A DNA stretch of 64,000 bases from Bryobacteraceae bacterium (lineage in GTDB: Bacteria; Acidobacteriota; Terriglobia; Bryobacterales; Bryobacteraceae). Positions 9,015 to 17,758 of this stretch are shown one piece after another. Position numbers and translations under genes: made by a program. Numbering within the stretch: the first letter of the stretch is position 1; the number at the start of each line of letters is the position of its first letter. The notes under the pieces were generated by a model, which saw only the letters and a list, made by a program, of their open reading frames with translations, was not told where the DNA came from and did no database searches. The stretch covers positions 2,850-66,849 of the forward strand of contig JACZJQ010000025.1 in the NCBI GenBank assembly GCA_014860455.1, written 5' to 3'.

Positions 9015-9944
9015 CTATTCGCGAAGCTCCTTGCCGGTGAGTTTGATGAACAGCGATTCCAGATTCGGCCGCGTCAACGTCGTGCCGCGCACCTCGGCGC
9101 CGGCCGCGCCAAGCAGTTCAAACAGCCGGCTCAGGCGTTCCGAGGCGCGCGCCAGGGCCAGCCTCAACTGCCCGTCCTCGAAGCCCAGCAGTTCAAGTTC
9201 CGGCTCCTGGGCGAGAGCGGCGCGCACCGCCTGTTCCGGAAACACGCCGGTCAGCCGCAGCAGGTCGCGTTCGCCCAGCATCGAGCGCAGTTCCTCAAGC
9301 GTCCCTTGGGCGATGATGCGGCCGTGGTCGATGATGGCCAGACGATCGCAGAGGGTCTCGGCCTCTTCCATGTAGTGCGTGGTGTAGAGCACGCAGGCGC
9401 CGGCCTTGGCTTGCCCGCGAACCAGATCCAGCAGGTGGACGCGGCTTTGCGGATCCACGCCAACCGTCGGTTCGTCCAGCAGCAGCACCTTCGGCTTGTG
9501 CAGGATGCCGGCGGCAAAATTCAACCGCCGCTTCATGCCACCCGAAAAGCGCTTGACGGGTTCCCTGGCGCGGTCGGCCAGGCCTGTGGATTGCAGCGCC
9601 TCCTGGATGGCCGAGTTCAGCGCCGCGCCGCCCAGACCCTGCACCGCGCCCCAGTAGTCGAGGTTCTCGCGGGCGGTGAGGTCCTCGTAAAGCGCGATCT
9701 CCTGCGGGACAACGCCGATGGTTCGCTTGGCCGACTGCGCGCTGGCCACCACGTCGTGGCCGGAGACGCGGATCGATCCGGCCGTGGGCGTAAGCAGTCC
9801 GCAGATGCAGCCGATGGTGGTGGATTTCCCGGCGCCGTTGGGACCAAGCAGTCCGAAGATCTCGCCGGGCCGGGCGGTGAATGAAGCGTCTTCGACCGCG
9901 ACAAGCGGACCGTACGCTTTGCGAAGATGGTCAACTTCGATCAT
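9015..9944 (-). CDS. ABC transporter ATP-binding protein
   Basis: Walker A GPNGAGKST, signature FSGGMKRRL, Walker B LLLDEPTVGVD and H-loop YTTHYMEE are all present. Confidence 0.92.
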   Translation of the reverse strand: MIEVDHLRKAYGPLVAVEDASFTARPGEIFGLLGPNGAGKSTTIGCICGLLTPTAGSIRVSGHDVVASAQSAKRTIGVVPQEIALYEDLTARENLDYWGAVQGLGGAALNSAIQEALQSTGLADRAREPVKRFSGGMKRRLNFAAGILHKPKVLLLDEPTVGVDPQSRVHLLDLVRGQAKAGACVLYTTHYMEEAETLCDRLAIIDHGRIIAQGTLEELRSMLGERDLLRLTGVFPEQAVRAALAQEPELELLGFEDGQLRLALARASERLSRLFELLGAAGAEVRGTTLTRPNLESLFIKLTGKELRE

Positions 9945-10000
9945 GGGCTACCATCCAATGACGATAGCCCATGAAACAAAGTTCACAGAATCGGAGAGGC

Positions 10001-10840
10001 CTATCTCAGCGAGTTCAGAATTCCAACGGCGCGGCTGAGAACTTCCCAGCGGTTGGCTTCGCCATGCACGCCCGACTCGACGCAGATAGGCCCGGTGTAG
10101 CCGGTCTCTTTCAGCGCCGCCATAAACTTCGGAATGTCCACAGACCCTTCGCCTAGCAGCCGCTCGCAGCCGAGCGACCCGGGCTTGGACTTGTCCGGCC
10201 AGTCGCCGTCCTTGCCGTGGACGCTGATGACATGCTCGCGCAGCAGGCGGAATGCGGCGATGGGTTCACCCGAACCGTAGAGGATCATGTTGGCCGGGTC
10301 GAAGTTGATCTTCACGTTGGGCCGGTCGACGTCCTTGAAGAATTCAAGCAACTGGTCGGCGGGCTCCTGGCCGGTTTCCAGGCAATAGGTCATGCCATGG
10401 GTGGCGGCGAAATCGGCGATGCGCCGGACCATATCGCGCACACCCACGAAATCGGGATGCGACTTGTCATGCGGAATGTAGCCGACGTGGCAGCCGAAGC
10501 TCTTCACGCCCAGCGAGGCGGCGAATTCGATCACCTCTTTGGTCCGCACTTCGCGTTCAGCGCGCGTGTCGCGGGGGATGAATCCGACCGTGCGTTCGAC
10601 GGTGGGGATGTCGGCGTAGTCTTCGCCGGTGTAGGCGGCAAAGACCGTGCAGACGTGGAAGTCCTCTGCGGCCAGGGCTTCGCGCCAGGCTTGGGCGGTT
10701 GCTTCATTGAGGACGACGGTGCCGTCGATTGCGAGTTGTCCGGAGACGACTCCACACTGTTTCACTGCTTTGAGAGCGGCCTGGGCGTCGGGTTCGGCCC
10801 AGAAGAAGATGCCGACTTCGCGGTCTTTTAGGGTAGGCAA
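10001..10840 (-). CDS. Sugar phosphate isomerase/epimerase (xylose isomerase-like TIM barrel)
   Basis: CLETGQEP and KINFDPANMILYG are typical of the AP_endonuc_2 / xylose-isomerase-like TIM family. It overlaps the upstream oxidoreductase gene by 13 nt. Confidence 0.8.
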   Translation of the reverse strand: MPTLKDREVGIFFWAEPDAQAALKAVKQCGVVSGQLAIDGTVVLNEATAQAWREALAAEDFHVCTVFAAYTGEDYADIPTVERTVGFIPRDTRAEREVRTKEVIEFAASLGVKSFGCHVGYIPHDKSHPDFVGVRDMVRRIADFAATHGMTYCLETGQEPADQLLEFFKDVDRPNVKINFDPANMILYGSGEPIAAFRLLREHVISVHGKDGDWPDKSKPGSLGCERLLGEGSVDIPKFMAALKETGYTGPICVESGVHGEANRWEVLSRAVGILNSLR

Positions 10841-11844
10841 GGGACAGATACTCCTTTCATGGAACGGGCGGCCTCGGCCGTCTTGGCGATGCGGACGGCG
10901 GCGGCGGAAGATTCAGGCGTGCAGCGTTCGGGCGCGGCGCCGGTGCGGCAGCATTCGACGAAGTATTCGATCTCGGCCTGATAGCCGTCGACGTCGGAGA
11001 GTTCGACATCGGTGGCCGTGCCGTCCCTGTCGAACCAGCGTACAGGGCGGCCTTCGGACGAAAAGTCCATGACGCCGTTTTCGCCGACGACGGTGTACTC
11101 CATCGAGAACGGGTAAGCCTTGGGGTGGTGCCAGCCACCGGTGACCGTCACCGCGCCCGAGCCGGGGTATTCAAACTGGCTGGTGATGGCGTCGATGCCA
11201 TGGCCGAGGTCTTCATGGCCCCAACTGCGCACGGCGTCGGGGATGCCGAAGCAGACCAGCATCATGTCGATGTCGTGGATGAGGAGGTCAAAGACGCCGC
11301 CGCCGGATAGCGACTTGTCGGTCAGCCACGCCGACCAGCCCGGTGCGGCGCAACGGCGGCGGAACAGCGCGTGGTGGACGCGGCCGAACTTGCCGGACTG
11401 GACGGCATCGATCAGCGCGTTGTAAGCAGGGAAGAACCTCAGCACCTGCGCCGACATCAGCACCCGGCCGTTGGCCTTTGCCGCGTCCATCATGCGCGTG
11501 CATTCGTCCATGTTGAGCGCCATCGGTTTTTCGACCAGGACGTGCTTGCCGTGTTCGAGCGCCTCGATGGCGACCGGTGCGTGGAGGTTGGTGGGCAGGC
11601 AAAGGTCCACCGCATCGACGCCTTTCATGCGGACGCATTCCAGCGAGTCTTCGAACTTTGCCGCCGACGAGATGTCGAGCGCGGGGCCCGAGATGTCGAG
11701 GTTCCCGCCGATATGCGAGAAATCGCCAGACAACGCTTTCGGATCGGCCGATGCGACGCCGGCAATCTCCACCCCCGAAATTCTGTTGTAGGCCTTGAGG
11801 TGGGTAAGGCCCATGAAACCGAGACCAGCGACTGCGACTTTCAT
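10828..11844 (-). CDS. Gfo/Idh/MocA family NAD(P)-dependent oxidoreductase
   Basis: N-terminal Rossmann fold MKVAVAGLGFMGLTHL and the family EKP motif (HVLVEKPMALN). Confidence 0.85.
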   Translation of the reverse strand: MKVAVAGLGFMGLTHLKAYNRISGVEIAGVASADPKALSGDFSHIGGNLDISGPALDISSAAKFEDSLECVRMKGVDAVDLCLPTNLHAPVAIEALEHGKHVLVEKPMALNMDECTRMMDAAKANGRVLMSAQVLRFFPAYNALIDAVQSGKFGRVHHALFRRRCAAPGWSAWLTDKSLSGGGVFDLLIHDIDMMLVCFGIPDAVRSWGHEDLGHGIDAITSQFEYPGSGAVTVTGGWHHPKAYPFSMEYTVVGENGVMDFSSEGRPVRWFDRDGTATDVELSDVDGYQAEIEYFVECCRTGAAPERCTPESSAAAVRIAKTAEAARSMKGVSVPCLP

Positions 11845-12067
11845 ACGGGGACCATGGTATCAACGCTTGAGCCATCGTGTCCCCAATCGGTCTGACCGTC
11901 GATACAATGACTCCGCCCGCGTCTCCGATCAACGCCCGCGCCAGGCCTCGCCATCGTTGAGTCGGAGAGTTGCAGACGGTCAATCTGGAAATAGGTGAAG
12001 TCGAGGGTCGGTGGCGAATGGAAGGGATGTCCCACACGAGAGTGAAGAATCACTATCATGAGAGTGG

Positions 12068-12457
12068 ATGATCACGCGGAACACCCGGCAGAAATCGGCG
12101 ATCCGGGACGCCTTTGAAGAAGCGGGGCGGCCGTTGTCGACCGGCGAAGTCCTGGATCTGGCGCAGAATAAGGTTGGGGGGTTGGGCATTGCGACGGTGT
12201 ACCGCAATGTGAAGTCACTCGTGGATGAGGGGTGGCTGGCGACGGTGGAGTTGCCGGGCGAGCCGCCGCGGTATGAGATTTCGGGCAAGGATCATCACCA
12301 CCATTTCCAGTGCGAAAGCTGTGGCCGGGTGTTCGAGTTGCATGGCTGCCTGCCTGGACTCGAGAAGCTAGCCGCGTCGGGATTTACGGTGAAACGCCAC
12401 GAACTGGTGCTCTATGGCGGTTGTCCGGAGTGCAGCGTGAAACGCCGCGCAAACTGA
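12068..12457 (+). CDS. Fur-family metalloregulator (Zur/PerR/Fur type not resolved)
   Basis: Winged-helix recognition segment GIATVYRNVKSL, His cluster KDHHHHF and two CxxC pairs (CESCG ... CPEC) are present. Confidence 0.85.
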   Translation: MITRNTRQKSAIRDAFEEAGRPLSTGEVLDLAQNKVGGLGIATVYRNVKSLVDEGWLATVELPGEPPRYEISGKDHHHHFQCESCGRVFELHGCLPGLEKLAASGFTVKRHELVLYGGCPECSVKRRAN

Positions 12458-12459
12458 CC

Positions 12460-14694
12460 CTAAGCCTTTTTGGCACTCAACAACCGAAGGCCGTTGAGCG
12501 TGACCAGCAGAGTTGCGCCCATGTCGGCGGCGATGGCCATCCACAGCGTGGCTGAACCCAGGGCGGCGGCGGCGAGAAAAACCACTTTCAGGCCGAGGGC
12601 GATGGCCACGTTTTCGCGGATGACGCGGGCGGCGCGTCTGGCATGGACGATGAGGAAGGGCAGGCGGTTGAGGTCGGCCGTCATCAGGACGATATCGGCC
12701 GATTCGACGGCGAGGTCGGTGGCGCTCTGACCCATGGCGATGGCGACGTTGGCCTCGGCCATGGCGGGGGCGTCGTTGAAGCCGTCGCCGACCATGGCGA
12801 CCGGTCCATGGAGGCGTTGGTAGACGCGGATGGCTGCGGCTTTTTCCTCGGGCAACAGCCGGGTTTGGATGTCGTCGAGAGGCAGGCCGGCGGTGGCAGA
12901 GCGGGCTGCGGCATCGCCGTCGCCGGTGAGCACGGCGAGGTGCTTCACTCCCATCCGGTGCAGGCTCTCCAGGGCGTTGCGGGCCTCGGGGCGGACTGCG
13001 TCGGAGAGCGCCACGGCGGCGAAGGCTTCCTGCTCGTGTCCGCAGAGGATGACGGTGCAGCCATCGGCTTCAAGGGCCTCGATTTTGTCCCTGTAGGATG
13101 CGGATTGCAGGCCGAGCGTCTCCATCATTCTGACGCCGCCGGCCCAGTACAGCCGATCGTCGACAGAGGCCGTGACGCCGCGTCCGGGGAGGGCTTCGAA
13201 GGCCCCGGCGGCAACTGGGACGATGCCGCGCTGGTTGGCATAGGCGAGAATGGCGCGGCCGAGCGGGTGCTCGCTGCGGGATTCGAGCGATGCCAGGCGG
13301 GCGAGGGCAGTGTCGGGGTCGTCGCCGTCGACGGCCATGAATTCGACGACGCTGGGCTGGCCGGCGGTGAGCACGCCGGTCTTGTCGAAGACCATGACTT
13401 TGAGCCGGGCCGCTTCCTCCAGGTAGGCGCCGCCTTTGATGAGAACGCCATGGCGGGCGGCCGAAGCCAGGGCGGAGACCATGGTGACGGGCGTGGAGAT
13501 CACCAGCGCGCAGGGGCAGGAGATCAGCAGCACGACCATGCCCTGATAGAACCAGTGGCTCCAGTCGCCGCCGAGCAGCAGCGGCGGGACGCCGATCACC
13601 AGAAATGCCAGGCCGAAGACGGCAGGCGTGTAGATGCGGACGAATCTCTCGATGAAGAGCTCGGCGCGGGTGCGGCGCTGGGTGGATTCGGTCACCATGC
13701 GGAGGATGCGCGAAACGGTGGTATCGGAAGCGGCGCGTGTGGCCCGCACTTCGAGATAGCCGCCGGAGTTGAGCGTGCCGGCGTAGACCAGGCTGCCGGG
13801 CAGTTTCGGGACAGGCACGGATTCGCCGGTGATGAGCGACTGATCGACGTAGGATTCGCCGCGGGTCACTTCGCCGTCGCAGGGGATCCGCTCGCCGGGC
13901 CGCACGGCGACGCGGTCACCGGATTTGACCTTTGATGCCGGGATGCGATGTTCGTGGTCGCCGTGCAGGACGGAGGCCTCCTTCGGGCTGGCGCTGAACA
14001 GGCCTGAGACAGCCTGGCGGGCGCGCGATGCGCTCCAGCTTTCGATTTCCGCGGCGAGGGCAAACAGGAACGCCAGCGTGGCGCCTTCCATCCACTCGCC
14101 CAGCAGGCATGCGCCAAAGATCGAGATGGCGACCAGGAGGTTCATGTCCGGCCTGAATGCGCGAAGCGAGGCCCATGCTTTTTTGGCGAACGGCGCGAAG
14201 CCGGCGGCAATGGCGAGTGCGAACAGAGCGACTACGTCGGCATGGAGTTCGTGGTCGTGGCTCTGGTGGGCCAGCAGATGGAGGAGACCCGCGCCGTGGA
14301 AGATGGCGTTTACGGCCGCGCCGGCGGCGAGAAAGAGGAAGCTTGCGGCCGTAAGCCAGCGCCGGTAATTCAATTTCGGTCCAGCCCCGGCAGCGGCTGA
14401 TTCCGAGTCCCAGGGTTCGCAACTCAGTCCCGCGCCGGCGACGACAGACTGGATGGCGGAGACGCTGGTGAGTCCGGGATCGAACTCGACGGTCATGCGG
14501 GCCTGGATGATTTCGAAGTGGAGCTCATAGAGACCTTTGACTTTGCTCAATTCGCGCCTGAGCAGAGAGATCTCCTCGGAGCAGTCCATGCCATGGACCC
14601 GGAAGGCGATCCGGGTGCGGCTCTTTGTTGAGGGTTGGATATCAATAAGGTACCGCTTCGTCAGCAAGAAGGCAAGCCGGGGTGTGCGCCCCAT
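12460..14694 (-). CDS. Heavy-metal translocating P1B-type ATPase (Zn/Cd/Co-like)
   Basis: TM6 CPC motif (SCPCALVISTP), phosphorylation site FDKTGVLT and hinge VGDGFNDAPAMA are present. The N-terminal HMA-like domain carries GMDCSEE instead of GMxCxxC. Confidence 0.93.
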   Translation of the reverse strand: MGRTPRLAFLLTKRYLIDIQPSTKSRTRIAFRVHGMDCSEEISLLRRELSKVKGLYELHFEIIQARMTVEFDPGLTSVSAIQSVVAGAGLSCEPWDSESAAAGAGPKLNYRRWLTAASFLFLAAGAAVNAIFHGAGLLHLLAHQSHDHELHADVVALFALAIAAGFAPFAKKAWASLRAFRPDMNLLVAISIFGACLLGEWMEGATLAFLFALAAEIESWSASRARQAVSGLFSASPKEASVLHGDHEHRIPASKVKSGDRVAVRPGERIPCDGEVTRGESYVDQSLITGESVPVPKLPGSLVYAGTLNSGGYLEVRATRAASDTTVSRILRMVTESTQRRTRAELFIERFVRIYTPAVFGLAFLVIGVPPLLLGGDWSHWFYQGMVVLLISCPCALVISTPVTMVSALASAARHGVLIKGGAYLEEAARLKVMVFDKTGVLTAGQPSVVEFMAVDGDDPDTALARLASLESRSEHPLGRAILAYANQRGIVPVAAGAFEALPGRGVTASVDDRLYWAGGVRMMETLGLQSASYRDKIEALEADGCTVILCGHEQEAFAAVALSDAVRPEARNALESLHRMGVKHLAVLTGDGDAAARSATAGLPLDDIQTRLLPEEKAAAIRVYQRLHGPVAMVGDGFNDAPAMAEANVAIAMGQSATDLAVESADIVLMTADLNRLPFLIVHARRAARVIRENVAIALGLKVVFLAAAALGSATLWMAIAADMGATLLVTLNGLRLLSAKKA

Positions 14695-14732
14695 GCCGAA
14701 TCTGCTTGACGCGAGCGGAGGGATGGTGCAGG

Positions 14733-14767
14733 ATTAAATTGACAGTTGCACAGTTGTGCAATTGAAT
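14733..14767. promoter_or_regulatory. Overlapping divergent sigma70-like promoters for the ATPase and arsR-family genes
   Basis: Plus strand: TTGACA (14739-14744), 17 nt, TTGAAT (14762-14767). Minus strand: TTGCAC (14761-14756), 17 nt, TTTAAT (14738-14733). The palindrome lies in the plus-strand spacer and covers the minus-strand -35 hexamer and adjacent spacer. Confidence 0.45.
14746..14761. promoter_or_regulatory. Candidate ArsR/SmtB operator (perfect 7-2-7 inverted repeat)
   Basis: The repeat is TTGCACA gt TGTGCAA (14746-14752 / 14755-14761). It extends to 9-2-9 with one mismatch. It sits in the 71-nt divergent region between the ATPase and arsR-family genes. Confidence 0.6.
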
Positions 14768-15170
14768 GATAATGAAAAGCGCTTCTCAACCTGCATGTGA
14801 CAAAACCGATCACGCGGCAGCGCAACGCGGGCTGCCTGTCAGCGACGAGGCTCTGGAGCGGGCCTCGATGCTGTTTCGGGCGATGGGTGAAACGCCGAGA
14901 CTACGGTTGCTGGCATTGTTGGCGCAGGGTCCGGCGTGCGTTTCCGAACTTGCGGAGATTGAAGGCGAGACGGTTTCGACAATCTCGCAGCGTCTGCGGG
15001 TGCTGCGTTCGGAGCGATTGGTCACCCGCCGCAGGGACGGCAAGCATATCAACTACACGCTGGCGGACCAGCACGTCCTGGACCTGGTGTTCAGCGCCAT
15101 GGCTCATGCCAGCGAGTCGCCGGCCACCGGCGGTGGCGACGAGTCAAATTCGATAAAGGAGCAATCATGA
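14766..15170 (+). CDS. ArsR/SmtB-family metal-sensing repressor (alpha5-site type)
   Basis: The HTH is CVSELAEIEGETVSTISQRLRVLRSERLV. The alpha5 ligand pattern DxHx10Hx2E is present in LADQHVLDLVFSAMAHASE. ATG 14772 is an alternative start. Confidence 0.9.
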   Translation: MIMKSASQPACDKTDHAAAQRGLPVSDEALERASMLFRAMGETPRLRLLALLAQGPACVSELAEIEGETVSTISQRLRVLRSERLVTRRRDGKHINYTLADQHVLDLVFSAMAHASESPATGGGDESNSIKEQS

Positions 15171-15520
15171 ACCCTCATAAGATCCACGACAACCATCCTC
15201 ACGTCCACGGGCCGGGCTGCGGCCATACGGCGATCGAGCACGACGGCCACACCGACTACCTGCATGACGGGCATTTGCATCAGCCGCATGGCGACCATGT
15301 GGACGAGCACGCCCTGCCGGTGACGGCCGCCAATCCGGATGTCTGCACGCCTGAGCATACGTGCGCGAGCCATGCCGCCGGACATGTGCATGGTCCCGAG
15401 TGCGGCCATGAGGCTATCCCGCACGGCGACCATGTGGATTACGTTGTGGACGGCCACCTGCACCATCCGCACGGCGGGCATTGCGACAACCACGGTCCGG
15501 TGAAGACGAGCGCGAACTGA
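15167..15520 (+). CDS. His-rich, internally duplicated putative metal-binding protein
   Basis: It has 117 aa, with 27 His and 5 Cys by my count. Two copies of HVHGP.CGH.AI.H..H.DY..DGHLH.PHG.H.D.H are present. There is no signal peptide. The start ATG overlaps the arsR-family stop (ATGA at 15167-15170). Confidence 0.75.
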   Translation: MNPHKIHDNHPHVHGPGCGHTAIEHDGHTDYLHDGHLHQPHGDHVDEHALPVTAANPDVCTPEHTCASHAAGHVHGPECGHEAIPHGDHVDYVVDGHLHHPHGGHCDNHGPVKTSAN

Positions 15521-15526
15521 GCCGGC

Positions 15527-16642
15527 TCAGCGAAGCCGTTTCAACTCGGCGGCGACGGCGTCGATGCCCTTGCGGCGGTACATCTCGGCGAGGCGCTGCT
15601 GCTCGCCCGTGACGGCGGGCACGGCCACCATGGGCACCCAGATTTCGCCGTCGTCGAACTCCACCAGGCCGATGAAGCCGCGCACTTCGGCGAATTCCGG
15701 AGGCCGGGCGCCGGCGACGGAAATCCTGAGGGCCTGATCCCTTTCGACTGTGGCCCTGGCGCGCGCGGGGAGTTGAACCGCGGCAGGGAGGCTGCCGGCG
15801 ACAAACTGGCGGCCCTGGTGGTCGCGGGCCTGCCAGCCGACCTCGACAAAACGAACTCCCCGTGTGCTGCGGTTCTGCATCTGGATTCTGGGGATCCTCA
15901 GCTCGGCGCCGGAGGCCAGGACTTCGGCCGAGGTCAACTCGACCGGGGCTCCGGGCATCGACAGGGCGGCGAACCTGACTGGAGTCGACTGTTGAACCGT
16001 GGCCCGGCCTGCCCGGGCAACCTGGATGTCGAGCCTGGGCATGGAAGCCAGGCGGCCAAGGACGGCGACCATCTCCTCGCGCAGGGCGACGGCGCCGCCG
16101 CGTTCAACCATCGCCAGCAGCGCCTTGCGGTCGCGGCGGGCTTCGAGTTCCCAGGCCATCATGGTGCGGCGGGAGTTCAGCCGGTTCGGCCCATAAAAGG
16201 TAAGATCCTCGAACAGCACTCCGTCGAGTTTCACTTCCACCAATGTTCCGGTGGCGGCGCCAGGCCTCATCAGCCGGACATCCACGCGCAGGGGGAACGC
16301 CTCGCCGGGGGCGACGTCGAGCGCAGGCACCGTCACCGACGCCTTGCCGCCGGCTGCGACTTCCTGGGCCAGCACCAGCATGGAGACGCCGCGGATGCGC
16401 CGCTGGGTGGTGTTTTTCAGCAGCAGCGTGGAGCGCAAATCGACTTGCAGCGCTCCGCCGCGAGGCGCAACCTGCGACTGACCCCAATCGGCCGACACCA
16501 GCGCCACCGGCGCATCGGCTGGCAGATCCACTCGGAACGCGCCTGACGGCGGGGCCGGTTGCGCAAAAAGCACGCCGGCGGCTAGCGAGGCCGCCAGGCC
16601 GAAACGGAACGTAACGAGCGAACTAGTCTTCGAGCGCCACAT
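15527..16642 (-). CDS. Hypothetical secreted protein, last gene of the ECF sigma operon
   Basis: Signal peptide MWRSKTSSLVTFRFGLAASLAAGVLFAQP. Two apparently related modules are present (LLLKNTTQRRIRGVSMLVLAQ / IQMQNRSTRGVRFVEVGWQAR). It overlaps the anti-sigma gene by 20 nt. Confidence 0.7.
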   Translation of the reverse strand: MWRSKTSSLVTFRFGLAASLAAGVLFAQPAPPSGAFRVDLPADAPVALVSADWGQSQVAPRGGALQVDLRSTLLLKNTTQRRIRGVSMLVLAQEVAAGGKASVTVPALDVAPGEAFPLRVDVRLMRPGAATGTLVEVKLDGVLFEDLTFYGPNRLNSRRTMMAWELEARRDRKALLAMVERGGAVALREEMVAVLGRLASMPRLDIQVARAGRATVQQSTPVRFAALSMPGAPVELTSAEVLASGAELRIPRIQMQNRSTRGVRFVEVGWQARDHQGRQFVAGSLPAAVQLPARARATVERDQALRISVAGARPPEFAEVRGFIGLVEFDDGEIWVPMVAVPAVTGEQQRLAEMYRRKGIDAVAAELKRLR

Positions 16643-17210
16643 GATGAATGGTCACCTGTCCGGTCTGTTCGTCGATGAACCTGGCCCGCGCGCCGCCGGA
16701 TGTGCCGGCCAGCATCACGGACGATTCGCGATCGGGGCTGAGCAGCATCAGCCCGGCCTGTCCCTCATGAATACCGACGCCTTCGGCGCTGGCCTCGGCC
16801 ACGGCGGAGAGCATTTCCGGTCCGCCTTGGATGGGAACCGGGCGCCTGAGCAGCCAACCGCTTGCTAGTACCACGGTCAGCGTGGCCATCACCACGGCCA
16901 CGCGCCAGCCGGCAGCATCGGGCGTCAACGCCCTGGCTTCGGGCTGGGGATCGACGATGCGGCCCGCGGCCAGGCCCAGTCGGATGTTGGCAGTCATTTC
17001 GCGAGACAGTTCGGCCCACGCGCCAGGGCTCAAGAGGTCGTCGCCGGATGAATCGCGGAGCGCGCGGCTGACCTCGGCGTATTGTGCAAGCGCGGCGGCG
17101 CACTGGCCGCAGCGGCGGGCATGGAACCAGACGCGCAGCCTGCCGGCGAGGCCGAGATCGCCCGCCGAGGCCAGCGCCAGATCCATTTCGCTGATGTGAC
17201 GCCGCGTCAT
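16623..17210 (-). CDS. Zinc-binding (ZAS-type) anti-sigma factor, single-pass membrane protein
   Basis: The start is taken at ATG 17210 (MTRRHISE), which overlaps the sigma stop as ATGA. The HxxxCxxC motif is HARRCGQC. The TM helix is WRVAVVMATLTVVLASGWLL. Confidence 0.75.
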   Translation of the reverse strand: MTRRHISEMDLALASAGDLGLAGRLRVWFHARRCGQCAAALAQYAEVSRALRDSSGDDLLSPGAWAELSREMTANIRLGLAAGRIVDPQPEARALTPDAAGWRVAVVMATLTVVLASGWLLRRPVPIQGGPEMLSAVAEASAEGVGIHEGQAGLMLLSPDRESSVMLAGTSGGARARFIDEQTGQVTIHHVALED

Positions 17211-17758
17211 AACCCCGCCCCCATCAATCTTTTGAACTTCGCCCTGGCGTTGGCGATATGCGAGCGCACCGTCGCCTTGCCGCAATTCAACAGACGGGCC
17301 ACCTCCGCGGCGGGCAGGTCCTCGACATCGCGCAGGATCAACGCCGCCCGTTCCCGCGGGGTCAGTTGATCCAGGACCGATTGGAGTTGCGTCCGGCGCT
17401 CGGATCGTAGAAGCAAATCCTCAGAGCTTTCGGCGCCGGCCTGGAGGGAGTTCTGCAGCGGTTCGTCCAGTTCGGTCCAGGTTATGCGTTTCTTGCGGCG
17501 CAGTTGGTCAATGGCGGCGTTTGACGCGATTCGCGAGAGCCAGTGGGCGGCCTTGTCGAGATCCTTCAATTGGTCACGGCGCTGGAGCGCGCGGATAAAG
17601 ACCTCCTGGGTGACATCCTGGGCGTCCTCGACGTTGCCGAGGATTCTATAGACAATGCTGAAGATCCGCTTCAGGTGGGTCTGGACAAACTCCTCGTGAC
17701 GCGCATCCCATGCGCCCGGCTCACTGCCCTCCACTTGCGGGTGGTGTGCTTCGTTCAT
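17207..17758 (-). CDS. ECF-type RNA polymerase sigma factor
   Basis: Region 2 is DAQDVTQEVFIRAL. Region 4 HTH is LTPRERAALILRDVEDLPAAEVARLLNCGKATVRSHI. The tracked ORF extends to 17803. I prefer ATG 17758 (MNEAHH), but the start is unproven. Confidence 0.85.
   Translation of the reverse strand: MNEAHHPQVEGSEPGAWDARHEEFVQTHLKRIFSIVYRILGNVEDAQDVTQEVFIRALQRRDQLKDLDKAAHWLSRIASNAAIDQLRRKKRITWTELDEPLQNSLQAGAESSEDLLLRSERRTQLQSVLDQLTPRERAALILRDVEDLPAAEVARLLNCGKATVRSHIANARAKFKRLMGAGL

Noticed and set aside
6367-9884. Tracked ORFs 6367..7062(-), 7546..8526(+), 7760..8281(-) and 8919..9884(+) within the ABC operon
   Set aside because: They are off-frame or antisense to the permease and ATPase genes, which carry Walker motifs and TM patterns. 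They are Arg/Gly/Pro-rich with no motifs.
12030-12067. Possible Fur/Zur box (gaatcactatcatgagag) upstream of the Fur-family gene
   Set aside because: It has only a weak resemblance to 7-1-7 or 9-1-9 Fur-type palindromes and I could not define a convincing inverted repeat.
12643-13935. 430-aa plus-strand ORF inside the P-type ATPase gene
   Set aside because: It is antisense to a gene with the CPC, DKTGT and GDGxNDxP motifs. Its Gly/Asp/Ala-rich composition is an artefact.
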